This document shows positions 40,220 to 48,556 of a DNA stretch of 64,000 bases, piece by piece. The stretch is from a bacterium (GTDB taxonomy: Bacteria; UBA8248). The translations under genes were made by a program, and so were the position numbers. The notes under the pieces are model-generated. The model saw only the letters and a program-made list of their open reading frames with translations. It did no database searches and was not told the DNA's origin. The DNA is taken from positions 352,001-416,000 of the forward strand of contig OZ242260.1 in assembly GCA_965207065.1 (NCBI GenBank), given 5' to 3'. Position 1 is the stretch's first letter, and the number at the start of each line of letters is the position of its first letter.

Positions 40220-40720
40220 TTACGTCAGCGTCTGCTTGAGGTAGGGTACGAGGCCGCCCGCCTTCACCATGTCCATGATGTGGTCGGGCAGGGGTTCGGC
40301 TTGCAGCGTCTCGCCCTTGGTGAGGTTTTCGACCCTTCCCGCAATCGGGTCGACGCGGACGCGGTCGCCCTGCTCTATCGATTCCGCATCGGCGCAGATG
40401 AGCACGGGCAGTCCGATGCACAGCGAGTTTCTGAAAAAATTCCGCGCGAACGTCCGCGCGATCACGGCGCCCACACCCGCCTGTTTGATGCCTCGGGGGG
40501 CCGTCTCGCGACTCGAACCGCAGCCGAAATTCCCTCCGCCGATTATCATGTCGCCCGCCTGCACGTTTTTCGGGAAATCGGGGTCGATCCCCTCCATCGC
40601 GTGAGCGGCCAGTTCCTCATCCGGCAGGCTCGCGTATTTCGACGGCATGATGTAGCCCGTATCCACGTTGTCGCCGAACACCCAGGCGCCGCCCTCTATC
40701 GTTTGCGTCTCGTCCCTCAT
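40220..40720 (-). CDS. leuD: 3-isopropylmalate dehydratase/homoaconitase-like small subunit
   Basis: FGDNVDT, NFGCGSSRE, FARNFFRN; substrate not certain. Confidence 0.85.
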   Translation of the reverse strand: MRDETQTIEGGAWVFGDNVDTGYIMPSKYASLPDEELAAHAMEGIDPDFPKNVQAGDMIIGGGNFGCGSSRETAPRGIKQAGVGAVIARTFARNFFRNSLCIGLPVLICADAESIEQGDRVRVDPIAGRVENLTKGETLQAEPLPDHIMDMVKAGGLVPYLKQTLT

Positions 40721-41982
40721 CGGATGAACTCCCTCGGGTCGGCCACGCTGCCCTTGATTGCGCTCGCCGCCACCGTGGCGGCGGAAGCCAGGTATATCGA
40801 CGCCTCGAGGCTTCCCATGCGTCCCTTGTAGTTGCGGTTGGCCGAGGAGATGCACACCTCCCCGTCTCCGAGTTGTCCCGGTCCCCTGCCCGCGCAGACG
40901 CCGCACGTGGTGGGCAGGAGCACGCCGCCCGCGTCGATGAGCGCGCCGAGCGTCCCGTCCGCCATGGCCTTGCTCATGATGTCCTTGCTCGCAGGCGCGA
41001 TGAGAAGCTGAACCCCGTGGGCGACCCGCCTGCCCTTGAGCACCGCCGCCGCCGCCTGCAGGTCGAGGAGCTTCGCCCCCGTGCACGAGCCGATGTGCGC
41101 ACGATTGAGCGGAGGCGAGTCCACCTCCTCCACCGGGTATACGTTGTCCATCCTGTGGGGACACGCCACCTGGGGCGACAAATCGGTCACGTCGTATTCG
41201 TATGATTCGGCGTAGGTCGCATCGGAGTCTGAGCGCACGGCCTCCCAGCCGTCCTCCACGCCTGCGTTTTTCAGGTATTCCGCCGTCGCCTCATCCACGT
41301 CGATAATGGAGCTCTTCGCGCTGAACTCCGCCGCCATGTTCGAGAGCGTCATGCGGTCCTCCACAGGCAGCGCCATGAGCGCCTCCCCCTCGAACTGGAG
41401 CACCTTGTATTCCGCCCCGTCGACCTTGAGGTCCTTGAGCGCGAGCAGCGCCATGTCCTTTCCGTAAATCCCGGCGGGAACCCGTCCCTTGAAGTGTACG
41501 CGTATCGTCTCGGGCACGCGGAGCCAGACCTCTCCCTTGGCGAGCACGCCGATGCTCTCCGTCGGTCCGATGGCCACGCCCAGCGCCCCCAGCGCGCCCG
41601 TGTTGGTGGTGTGGCTGTCCGTGCCGGTGACGAGAACGCCCGGGCGCACGAAGCCCTTCTCGGCCATCAGGATGTGGCAGATGCCCTCCGCGTCATAGAA
41701 ATGGGAGAGCTCCTGCTCGGCCGCCCAGGCTCTGGTGACGTTCAGCACCCTGGACTGTGAATCGCCGGTGGGCGGGTTGTGGTGGTCGGCCGTGAGCATG
41801 AAGCGATCCTTGTTCCAGATGGGAAGGCCCAGATCGGCGAAATCCTTCCCCATGCGGAACGGCCCCTGGTTGTCGTGCATGACGTGGGCGTCGACCTTGG
41901 CCCATACGATGTCGCCCACGTCTACGCGCTCACGCCCGCTGGCGCGGGCCAAGATTTTCTGTGTGGCGGTATCCCCGGACAA
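40717..41982 (-). CDS. leuC: 3-isopropylmalate dehydratase/homoaconitase-like large subunit
   Basis: GICH, DSHT, IGSCT, CGVCAG, NRNYKGRMG; TTG start after GAAGGAG; substrate not certain. Confidence 0.85.
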   Translation of the reverse strand: MSGDTATQKILARASGRERVDVGDIVWAKVDAHVMHDNQGPFRMGKDFADLGLPIWNKDRFMLTADHHNPPTGDSQSRVLNVTRAWAAEQELSHFYDAEGICHILMAEKGFVRPGVLVTGTDSHTTNTGALGALGVAIGPTESIGVLAKGEVWLRVPETIRVHFKGRVPAGIYGKDMALLALKDLKVDGAEYKVLQFEGEALMALPVEDRMTLSNMAAEFSAKSSIIDVDEATAEYLKNAGVEDGWEAVRSDSDATYAESYEYDVTDLSPQVACPHRMDNVYPVEEVDSPPLNRAHIGSCTGAKLLDLQAAAAVLKGRRVAHGVQLLIAPASKDIMSKAMADGTLGALIDAGGVLLPTTCGVCAGRGPGQLGDGEVCISSANRNYKGRMGSLEASIYLASAATVAASAIKGSVADPREFIR

Positions 41983-42084
41983 GAGGTTCTCCTTCAATAT
42001 GGGGGTGCGAAAAAACGATAGTCTTGTATACTCGACTTGTCGCACACTATCAAACGAGAAACAAGATTTGAGGATGCAAGTTAA

Positions 42085-42690
42085 ATGGCTGAAGACAAGC
42101 AGATCGACCGCAAGGCGTTCTTCACCGAAGGCCCCCTCTCCTTCATGCGCTCCTTCATGCAGGGAATGCACCAGGGAGAAACCCAGGTGCAGCGCTCGAA
42201 CCTCGAAGGGCCCGTCTTGCGCCCGCCGGGCGCAGCGGCGGAAGCCGATTTCCTGGACCTCTGCACGGGCAGCGCGCAATGCGCGCTCGCGTGTCCGGCG
42301 GACGCCATCCTCATGCTCCCCCGCGAGGACGGCTCCGGCCTCGAGGCGCCCCGCATCATCCCCGTCGACGGGGCCTGCGTGGTCTGCGACGACCTCTCCT
42401 GCATGAAGGTCTGCCCCACCGGGGCGCTCACCCTCGTGCCCCGCGAGGAGATTCGCGTCGGTCTTGCGGAAGTGAACCTCGAGACCTGCTACGCCTGGAA
42501 CGGGACGGACGAGGAATGCAACTTCTGCGTGACGCGCTGTCCCATTGGGGAGAGTGCGATACGGGTCGAGGAGAAAGAGGACGGAAAAGGCCCCGTCATC
42601 GGCGAGACCTGCGTGGGCTGCGGCGTCTGCGAGCAGCACTGCCCCGAATACCCGGGCGCCGTGCGTGTGTTTCCCATCAAACCTTCCTAG
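42085..42690 (+). CDS. NapG/MauM-type poly-[4Fe-4S] ferredoxin
   Basis: LRPPGA, C..S..C...CP, CVVCDDLSCMKVCPTGAL, CNFCVTRCP, CVGCGVCEQHCP. Confidence 0.88.
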   Translation: MAEDKQIDRKAFFTEGPLSFMRSFMQGMHQGETQVQRSNLEGPVLRPPGAAAEADFLDLCTGSAQCALACPADAILMLPREDGSGLEAPRIIPVDGACVVCDDLSCMKVCPTGALTLVPREEIRVGLAEVNLETCYAWNGTDEECNFCVTRCPIGESAIRVEEKEDGKGPVIGETCVGCGVCEQHCPEYPGAVRVFPIKPS

Positions 42691-42819
42691 AACGGAAAAA
42701 ACGAGAACGCCAACATCCCGCCCCGATATGGGGATGCGGATCGGGGTTGTTGCCTCAAGGGGAAGTCATGCCTTTCCGCCTTGTTCGGCAAACCCTCCTT
42801 CGAGGGCCTCAGGACAGGC

Positions 42820-42912
42820 CCCTTCGATACGCCGCTTCGCGGCTACTCAGGGTGAGGAACATAGAAAGCACCCTCATCCCGAGTAGGCGCGTCTGCGCGC
42901 CGTATCGAGGGA
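42820..42912. repeat. Inverted palindromic repeat doublet
   Basis: CCCTTCGATACG..CTACTCAGGGTGAGG faces CCTCATCCCGAGTAG..CGTATCGAGGG. Confidence 0.7.
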
Positions 42913-43018
42913 TGCGCGCCCGGCGGCGTCGAAACGGCGATGCGAGAAGGATGGGAGTGCTGAAAACTCCCGATTTCGTGATTCGGCGCATGTAATCGAC
43001 TGGGGAGAGAGAAGAATT

Positions 43019-43276
43019 ACTCCCCCCTTGAGGAGGCTGTTGAGAAAGCCGGGTCATAGAGGAATGGCAGTGTAGGGACAACCCTCCGTGGTTGTCCTCT
43101 TTCAGGATGGTTACAACCAGGACAGGCACGGAGGCCTGTCCCTACGGGATCATCACGTCGTTGACTGGGGGGATACAAGGACTTTTTCAACAACCCCTCA
43201 AGGGGGAGTAGTTGTTGGACGCTCTGCAAGGGGAGAAAGATTTGGCCCGACCTGCAAGGGCTTTTTCAACAACCCC
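43019..43276. repeat. MITE-like element carrying a GTAG REP doublet, nested in a palindrome
   Basis: Ends GGCTGTTGAGAAAGCC / GACTTTTTCAACAACC, flanked by ACTCCCCCCTTGAGG / CCTCAAGGGGGAGT; extra end at 43259-43276. Confidence 0.75.
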
Positions 43277-43317
43277 ATCCCATCATGGATGGGACATGGC
43301 GGCTCAAACCGCGCGGA

Positions 43318-43818
43318 TCAGGAGAATTCCTCTTTCAGAATCTCGTGGATGAACCGCTGAACAGCCAGTGGGTAGAACCGGATGTCCGGCGTGCGGACGA
43401 CGGCGGTGTCCGTGGTCTCCAGGCGCGCGAGTTCGTTCAGCACCTTTTCCGCCAGAACCTCCGGGCTCCACTCGTGGTGGGTGATTTTCAGGTGTTCGTT
43501 CTCGATGTTGAAATTGCCCGCCGCCACGGCGGGAAACGCGAACACGCGGCCGATGAGGTCAGAATCCATCATCTCCGAATCCTTGAAAATCTCGCCGAAC
43601 GTCTTCTGCGCCTCGGCCGGCGTCCACACCAGCTTGGGAGACACCAGGAGCTTGCCGGATATCTGGACCGAACCCGCCTGCTCTTCCATCTCCGGCCCCA
43701 GCACCCGGTAGCCGAGTTCATGATAGCCCGAGACGATGCCAACGTAAGGCCTCTGGATGATGCGGATCTCCTCGCTCACCTGCCTGTGGAAATCGCGCTG
43801 CATGTCGTCGTCGAACAT
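43318..43818 (-). CDS. Hypothetical protein
   Basis: Coding-like ORF downstream of hemY; GGAG before ATG 43818; no family recognised. Confidence 0.65.
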   Translation of the reverse strand: MFDDDMQRDFHRQVSEEIRIIQRPYVGIVSGYHELGYRVLGPEMEEQAGSVQISGKLLVSPKLVWTPAEAQKTFGEIFKDSEMMDSDLIGRVFAFPAVAAGNFNIENEHLKITHHEWSPEVLAEKVLNELARLETTDTAVVRTPDIRFYPLAVQRFIHEILKEEFS

Positions 43819-43944
43819 CGAAACGTCTCCGCCAAGGCTGAAAATCCAAAAAAAAACAGGCAGACGTTGATACCAAATGCTATTGCGCCAGGTCAAACAA
43901 AGCGCGAACACCGACGCGCCTCTTCTCTATTCTCTTCTTTTTCC

Positions 43945-45381
43945 TCAGGAATTGATAGCCCGCAAATCGCCGAGAATTTTATCCGCCGCCTCGTTCGCCG
44001 ATTTCACGCAATCGGGAATCCCCACGCCGCGGTAGGCGTTGCCCGCGAGGGCGAGACCCGGCGTCGCCAATAGTTCGTCTTCGATTCTTCGCACCTTGTC
44101 CAGGTGGCCCACCAGGTAATGCGGCAGGGATTCCTCATAGCGGTAAAAGACCATTCCTTCGGGCTCTCCCGAAATCCCCAGAATCGGCCGAAGCTCATTG
44201 GTGAGCTTGCGGATGAGATCCTCATCCGTGAGCCCCGCACGGGAGGCCGCCTCCCCTCCCGCGAATGCGCGTATGAGCACATTCCCCTCAGGCGCTCTGC
44301 CCTGGAACTTGGTGCTCGAAAAAGAACACGCAAGCAGCGTCTTGTTCTCTATCCCAGGGACGACGAAACCCATGGCGTGGAGCGGATTCGCTACCTGCTC
44401 GGCCCGGTACACCAGGTTGAGCGTCGCCAAAGAACCGCTCGGGATGCTCATCAACTCTGCCGAAATACCGGGTATGGCTTTCTCCAACAGCTTTCCCGAC
44501 GCGCGAGGCGGCAGGGTGACGCAAACAGCGTCTGCGTCCATCACCTCCCCGTCCTGAAGATGAACGCGCCAGCCCCGCTCAAATCTTTCGAGTGATTCCG
44601 CCCGGTATCCCGTCCGAACCGATGCGCCGGAAATCTTCTCCGCCAGGGCGTCAACCAACGCTCCCATCCCTCGCGCGAAACTCACGAACAGGCCGTACCT
44701 CGGCCCGCTCGCCGATACGCCCTCGCCCGGACCCCGCCTTTGCATCCGCTTCCTGAGACCCAGGATGAGACTCCTGTGCTCGCGCTCTATCTCGTGGAAC
44801 TGCGGCATGGTGGCTCTCAAGCTCAGCTTTTCCGGGTCGGCCGAATAGATGCCCGCCACCATGGGCTGGGCCATCCGCTCTAACGCCTCGCGCCCGAATC
44901 GCCTGCGCACGAAATCGGCCAGGGATTCATCCGCATCATCCTTCTTGCGCGGAAGAAGAACATCCATCGCCATCCTGAGCTTGCCGAGCGCGCTGAATAT
45001 GGGCGAGGTGAGAAATGGGCCGACCTGATACGGCGCTAAAAGATAATAGCCTTGGGGCACGGGGAGCAGGTCGTCGCCCCGCAGGACGAAGCTTCGCCGG
45101 TAGCGCTCGTTCGTTCCAATGAGTTGCTCCCCGAGACCCAGTTCTTCGCAGAGCTCGACGCCCTCGGGCTTCGAGGTGAGAAAACAATCGGGGCCTTTCT
45201 CCATCAGGACGTCACCGGCGAACTCGGTCTCGATAACGCCGCCGAGCCTGGGAGACGCCTCGATGAGGTGGACTTGCAGTGAGAGATTCTGCTCCTCGGA
45301 AGCCTTGAGGAGCCGGTAGCAGGCGGTTAGACCCGTCACCCCACCGCCAAGCACGACCACTCGCCCGGCGTCCCGAGTCAA
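43945..45381 (-). CDS. hemY: Proto/coproporphyrinogen oxidase (HemY/CgoX type)
   Basis: GGGVTGL FAD motif, EKGPDCF, GNAYRGVGIPDC. Confidence 0.95.
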   Translation of the reverse strand: MTRDAGRVVVLGGGVTGLTACYRLLKASEEQNLSLQVHLIEASPRLGGVIETEFAGDVLMEKGPDCFLTSKPEGVELCEELGLGEQLIGTNERYRRSFVLRGDDLLPVPQGYYLLAPYQVGPFLTSPIFSALGKLRMAMDVLLPRKKDDADESLADFVRRRFGREALERMAQPMVAGIYSADPEKLSLRATMPQFHEIEREHRSLILGLRKRMQRRGPGEGVSASGPRYGLFVSFARGMGALVDALAEKISGASVRTGYRAESLERFERGWRVHLQDGEVMDADAVCVTLPPRASGKLLEKAIPGISAELMSIPSGSLATLNLVYRAEQVANPLHAMGFVVPGIENKTLLACSFSSTKFQGRAPEGNVLIRAFAGGEAASRAGLTDEDLIRKLTNELRPILGISGEPEGMVFYRYEESLPHYLVGHLDKVRRIEDELLATPGLALAGNAYRGVGIPDCVKSANEAADKILGDLRAINS

Positions 45382-46343
45382 TTTCCACTCCCCTTCATCT
45401 TCGCGCGCACCAGGTCCGAGAGCATCTCGATGAAGGCGGGGTGCGTACCCACCGTGGGCGCGCGATAAAAGCGGAGTCCCGCCCCCTCGGCCGCTTCCCG
45501 CGCCTCGATGTCCAGGTCGAAGAGCACCTCCACGTGATCGCAGATGAAGCCGACCGGCACCACGAGAACGGCCTTTGCGCCGCCTGAGGCGACGCTTCCG
45601 ATTACCTCCGTCACGTCCGGGCCGAGCCAGGTGCCGGGAGGAACGTCCGGGCTGCTCTGGAAGCCGACTTCGTAGCCGCTCAAACCCAGCTTTTGCGCCA
45701 CGAGAGCCGCCGTTTGGCGGAATTCCTCCTCATATGAAGAGGCCCTGGCCATGGAAACGGGGATGGAATGGGCCGTAAAGACGACTTTGGCGTTGCGCAT
45801 GCCGCCCCCCGCCACCGGGACAGCCTGGTTCATCCTGTCTACGATGGCGTCGATGAACCCCGGATGCGTATGCCAGGGCGTTTCCAGAAATTCGACCTCG
45901 GGCGCATCGCCGCCCAGCTCATCTCGCGCCGACGCCACGGCGCCCCGGTAGGCCTCCCAGCTTATTTTCGTGCGATGCGGCGCCAGTATGACGCCCAGGG
46001 CGCGCCTGAGCCCGCGCCTGCCCATCTCGGCCAGCGTCTCCTCCACGTAAGGCGTCCAGAACCGGTAGCCCGTATAGACGGGAACGCCATCGCCCGCTCT
46101 TTCGAGCGCCATCTCCAGCGCGCCCGCCTGTTTCTGGGAGAAAAAAGTGAAAGGGGAGACGCCGCCGAAGTGTTCATAGTGCGCGGCCACCTCTCTAATG
46201 CGCTCGGGGCCGCCCGATCTCTGGCCGACGATGCCCTCCACGTAGCAATACGCCTCGCCCGGGCATTCCTCGTAGCGGCGGCAGCAACCCCGCGTGGGGC
46301 CGCCGAAGCCGATCATGATGATGGAATCGAACCCGTCCTTCAT
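45378..46343 (-). CDS. hemH: Ferrochelatase (HemH/CpfC)
   Basis: HYEHFGGVSP, FTAHSIP, WLGPDV, GFICDHVEVLFDLDIE. Confidence 0.95.
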   Translation of the reverse strand: MKDGFDSIIMIGFGGPTRGCCRRYEECPGEAYCYVEGIVGQRSGGPERIREVAAHYEHFGGVSPFTFFSQKQAGALEMALERAGDGVPVYTGYRFWTPYVEETLAEMGRRGLRRALGVILAPHRTKISWEAYRGAVASARDELGGDAPEVEFLETPWHTHPGFIDAIVDRMNQAVPVAGGGMRNAKVVFTAHSIPVSMARASSYEEEFRQTAALVAQKLGLSGYEVGFQSSPDVPPGTWLGPDVTEVIGSVASGGAKAVLVVPVGFICDHVEVLFDLDIEAREAAEGAGLRFYRAPTVGTHPAFIEMLSDLVRAKMKGSGN

Positions 46344-47404
46344 TCGGCCTCCGCTTCCCATTCGTGAACGAACTCGATGAGTCTTTTCACGTTGTCGACC
46401 GGCGTGCCCGGCAGAATCCCGTGCCCCAGGTTGAAGATGTGGCCCGGACGCCCGGACCCTTGACGCAGGATGTCCTCAACTCGCGCGAAGATATATTCAG
46501 GCGCCGCGAACAGGACGCACGGGTCGAGGTTTCCCTGAACCGCCATATCGCCCAGACGCTCCCTGGCGTCGGCCAGCTGCACGCGGAAATCCACCCCCAC
46601 CACGTCCCCGCCCGCTCCGGCGAACGCTTCGAGATAGGGCGCAGTTCCCGTGCCGAAGTGGATGACGGGCGCGCCCTCTTCGATACCCCCAATCAGCGCG
46701 CGGCTGTGCGGCAGGACGAACTCCCTGAAATCCCCGGGCGAGAGGCAACCCACCCAGCTGTCGAAAATCTGCACTGCCTGCGCGCCCGCGAGAATCTGCT
46801 CGTTCAGATAGACCCTCAGCCCCCGCACGAGCTTTTCCATCAGCGCGTGCCACGCGCCCGGATCGGCATACATGAACTTTTTCGTGTTCTCGAAATTCCG
46901 CGAGCCGCCGCCTTCGATCATGTAGGACGCCAGCGTGAAGGGAGCGCCGCAAAAGCCGATGAGCGGAAGGGTGGGGTTCATCTGCTCCCTGGTTTTCCGA
47001 ACCGCCTCGTACACGAAGGCTAAGCTCTCGCGCGGCTCCACCTCCTTGAGCCGCTCCACGTCCGCAGCCTCCCGAACCGGGTTATGGAGAACGGGGCCTC
47101 CTTCCATGTATTCCAGGTCCATGCCCATCGGCTGGAGGATGAGCAGAATGTCCGAGAACAGGATGGCGGCGTCAGCACCTATGGCGTCGAGCGCCGTGAC
47201 GGCGACCTCGGCGGCCAGATCGGGCGTGCGGCAAAGCTCGATGAAGGAGACTTTCTCGCGGACGGCGCGGTACTCGCGCATGTACCTGCCCGCCTGACGC
47301 ATGAGCCAGACGGGCGTCCTTGCGTTGGGCAGCCCCCGGCAGGCGCGCATGAAGGCGGAGTCCGCATACGCGGGCGCGTTTCCCACTGCTGGATGCGCCG
47401 ACAT
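46340..47404 (-). CDS. hemE: Uroporphyrinogen decarboxylase
   Basis: PVWLMRQAGRY, AILFSDIL, HIFNLGHG. Confidence 0.97.
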   Translation of the reverse strand: MSAHPAVGNAPAYADSAFMRACRGLPNARTPVWLMRQAGRYMREYRAVREKVSFIELCRTPDLAAEVAVTALDAIGADAAILFSDILLILQPMGMDLEYMEGGPVLHNPVREAADVERLKEVEPRESLAFVYEAVRKTREQMNPTLPLIGFCGAPFTLASYMIEGGGSRNFENTKKFMYADPGAWHALMEKLVRGLRVYLNEQILAGAQAVQIFDSWVGCLSPGDFREFVLPHSRALIGGIEEGAPVIHFGTGTAPYLEAFAGAGGDVVGVDFRVQLADARERLGDMAVQGNLDPCVLFAAPEYIFARVEDILRQGSGRPGHIFNLGHGILPGTPVDNVKRLIEFVHEWEAEAE

Positions 47405-47599
47405 CATCTCCTCCTTCAAAACGTGCGAGAACCCGTCCTGCTGGACGGGGCTTCGAGGTCAGTCTAATCCAAAAACGGCGCGCTCGCCTATCGGGAGAGC
47501 GGTATGAGCATCAATGAAAAAACCGCTGCTCGCTGGACAACGCCGGTTCAGTTAGGATAATAAAGATTCTTGATTTCGGGCGTCACGCCCCGACACCCC

Positions 47600-47674
47600 G
47601 GCGCCATAGCCAAGTGGTAAGGCAGAGGACTGCAAATCCTTTATTCCCCGGTTCGAATCCGGGTGGCGCCTCCA
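47600..47674 (+). tRNA. tRNA-Cys (GCA)
   Basis: GGCGCCA acceptor stem, anticodon loop CTGCAAA, GGTTCGAATCC T-arm, encoded CCA. Confidence 0.97.
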
Positions 47675-47699
47675 ATACCCCTCGGAGGGAGGCGAATCG

Positions 47700-48335
47700 A
47701 TGGAGCAAACGACGACAGCGCCGCAGATTGAAACCAAAGAAGAACTTCGCGAGCACTACGGCCCGGCCAACGAGCGCAGCGTCAAGAAGCAGATGGCGAA
47801 ACTCGACGAGCACGCGAAGAGCTTTATCGCGCTCTCTCCGTTCATGGTTATTTCCTCCGCCACGGCGGAAGGCGCCGACGCATCCCCCAAGGGGGACCCG
47901 CCCGGATTCGTCAAGGTTATCGACGACAACACCCTGATCATCCCCGACAGGCCGGGCAACAACCGCGTCGACACCATGAGCAACATCGTGGAGAACAACC
48001 ACGTCGGCCTCCTCTTCCTGGTGCCCGGCATGTGCGAGACGCTGCGCGTGAACGGGCGGGCGCGCATCACCACGGACCCCGAAGTCCTCGAACCACACTC
48101 GGTCAAGGGCAGGCTCCCCCGGTCGGCGATGATCATCGACGTGGACGACGTGTATCTCCACTGCGGCAAGGCCCTCATCCGCGCGGACCTCTGGAACGCG
48201 GAGAAAAATATCGAAAGAAAGTCGTTCCCATCGATGGGGCAGATGCTCTCCGATCAGATAGCCGAAGACGGCTACGGAGACGGAGAGGAACTCAACAAGG
48301 GCATTCAGGAGAGATACAAGACGGACCTGTATTAA
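47700..48335 (+). CDS. Pyridoxamine 5'-phosphate oxidase-like FMN-binding protein
   Basis: DASPKGDPPGFV, PDRPGNNRVD, ETLRVNGRA, YLHCGKA. Confidence 0.92.
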   Translation: MEQTTTAPQIETKEELREHYGPANERSVKKQMAKLDEHAKSFIALSPFMVISSATAEGADASPKGDPPGFVKVIDDNTLIIPDRPGNNRVDTMSNIVENNHVGLLFLVPGMCETLRVNGRARITTDPEVLEPHSVKGRLPRSAMIIDVDDVYLHCGKALIRADLWNAEKNIERKSFPSMGQMLSDQIAEDGYGDGEELNKGIQERYKTDLY

Positions 48336-48357
48336 CCCGCGGAAGGAGAAGTTGGTT

Positions 48358-48509
48358 CGTCATTCCGGCGCATGCCGGAATCCAGACGGAGGAAAGAGGA
48401 GATATTGCGGACTTCTATTCATTCCCTTCTTCTGATGGGCTCGGCATAACCGCGAAAAACAAAAAACAAAAAGGCAAATTCCTGGATTCCGGCATGCGCC
48501 GGAATGACG
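48358..48509. repeat. CGTC-type REP inverted doublet
   Basis: CGTCATTCCGGCGCATGCCGGAATCCAG ... CTGGATTCCGGCATGCGCCGGAATGACG. Confidence 0.9.
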
Positions 48510-48556
48510 GTTACCACAAAGGCGGGCGATGGGGTGGACTCATGGGTTCGCCCCGC

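Noticed and set aside
40717-42639. 640-aa LeuC with a long N-terminal extension (and the 314-aa LeuD)
   Set aside because: The extensions overlap the ferredoxin gene or leuC; starts at 41982 (RBS-supported TTG) and 40720 (ATGA overlap with the leuC stop) give normal sizes.
47600-47700. tRNA-Cys as an island integration site
   Set aside because: No integrase and no duplicated 3' end nearby; its 3' sequence differs from the fragment at 7082.
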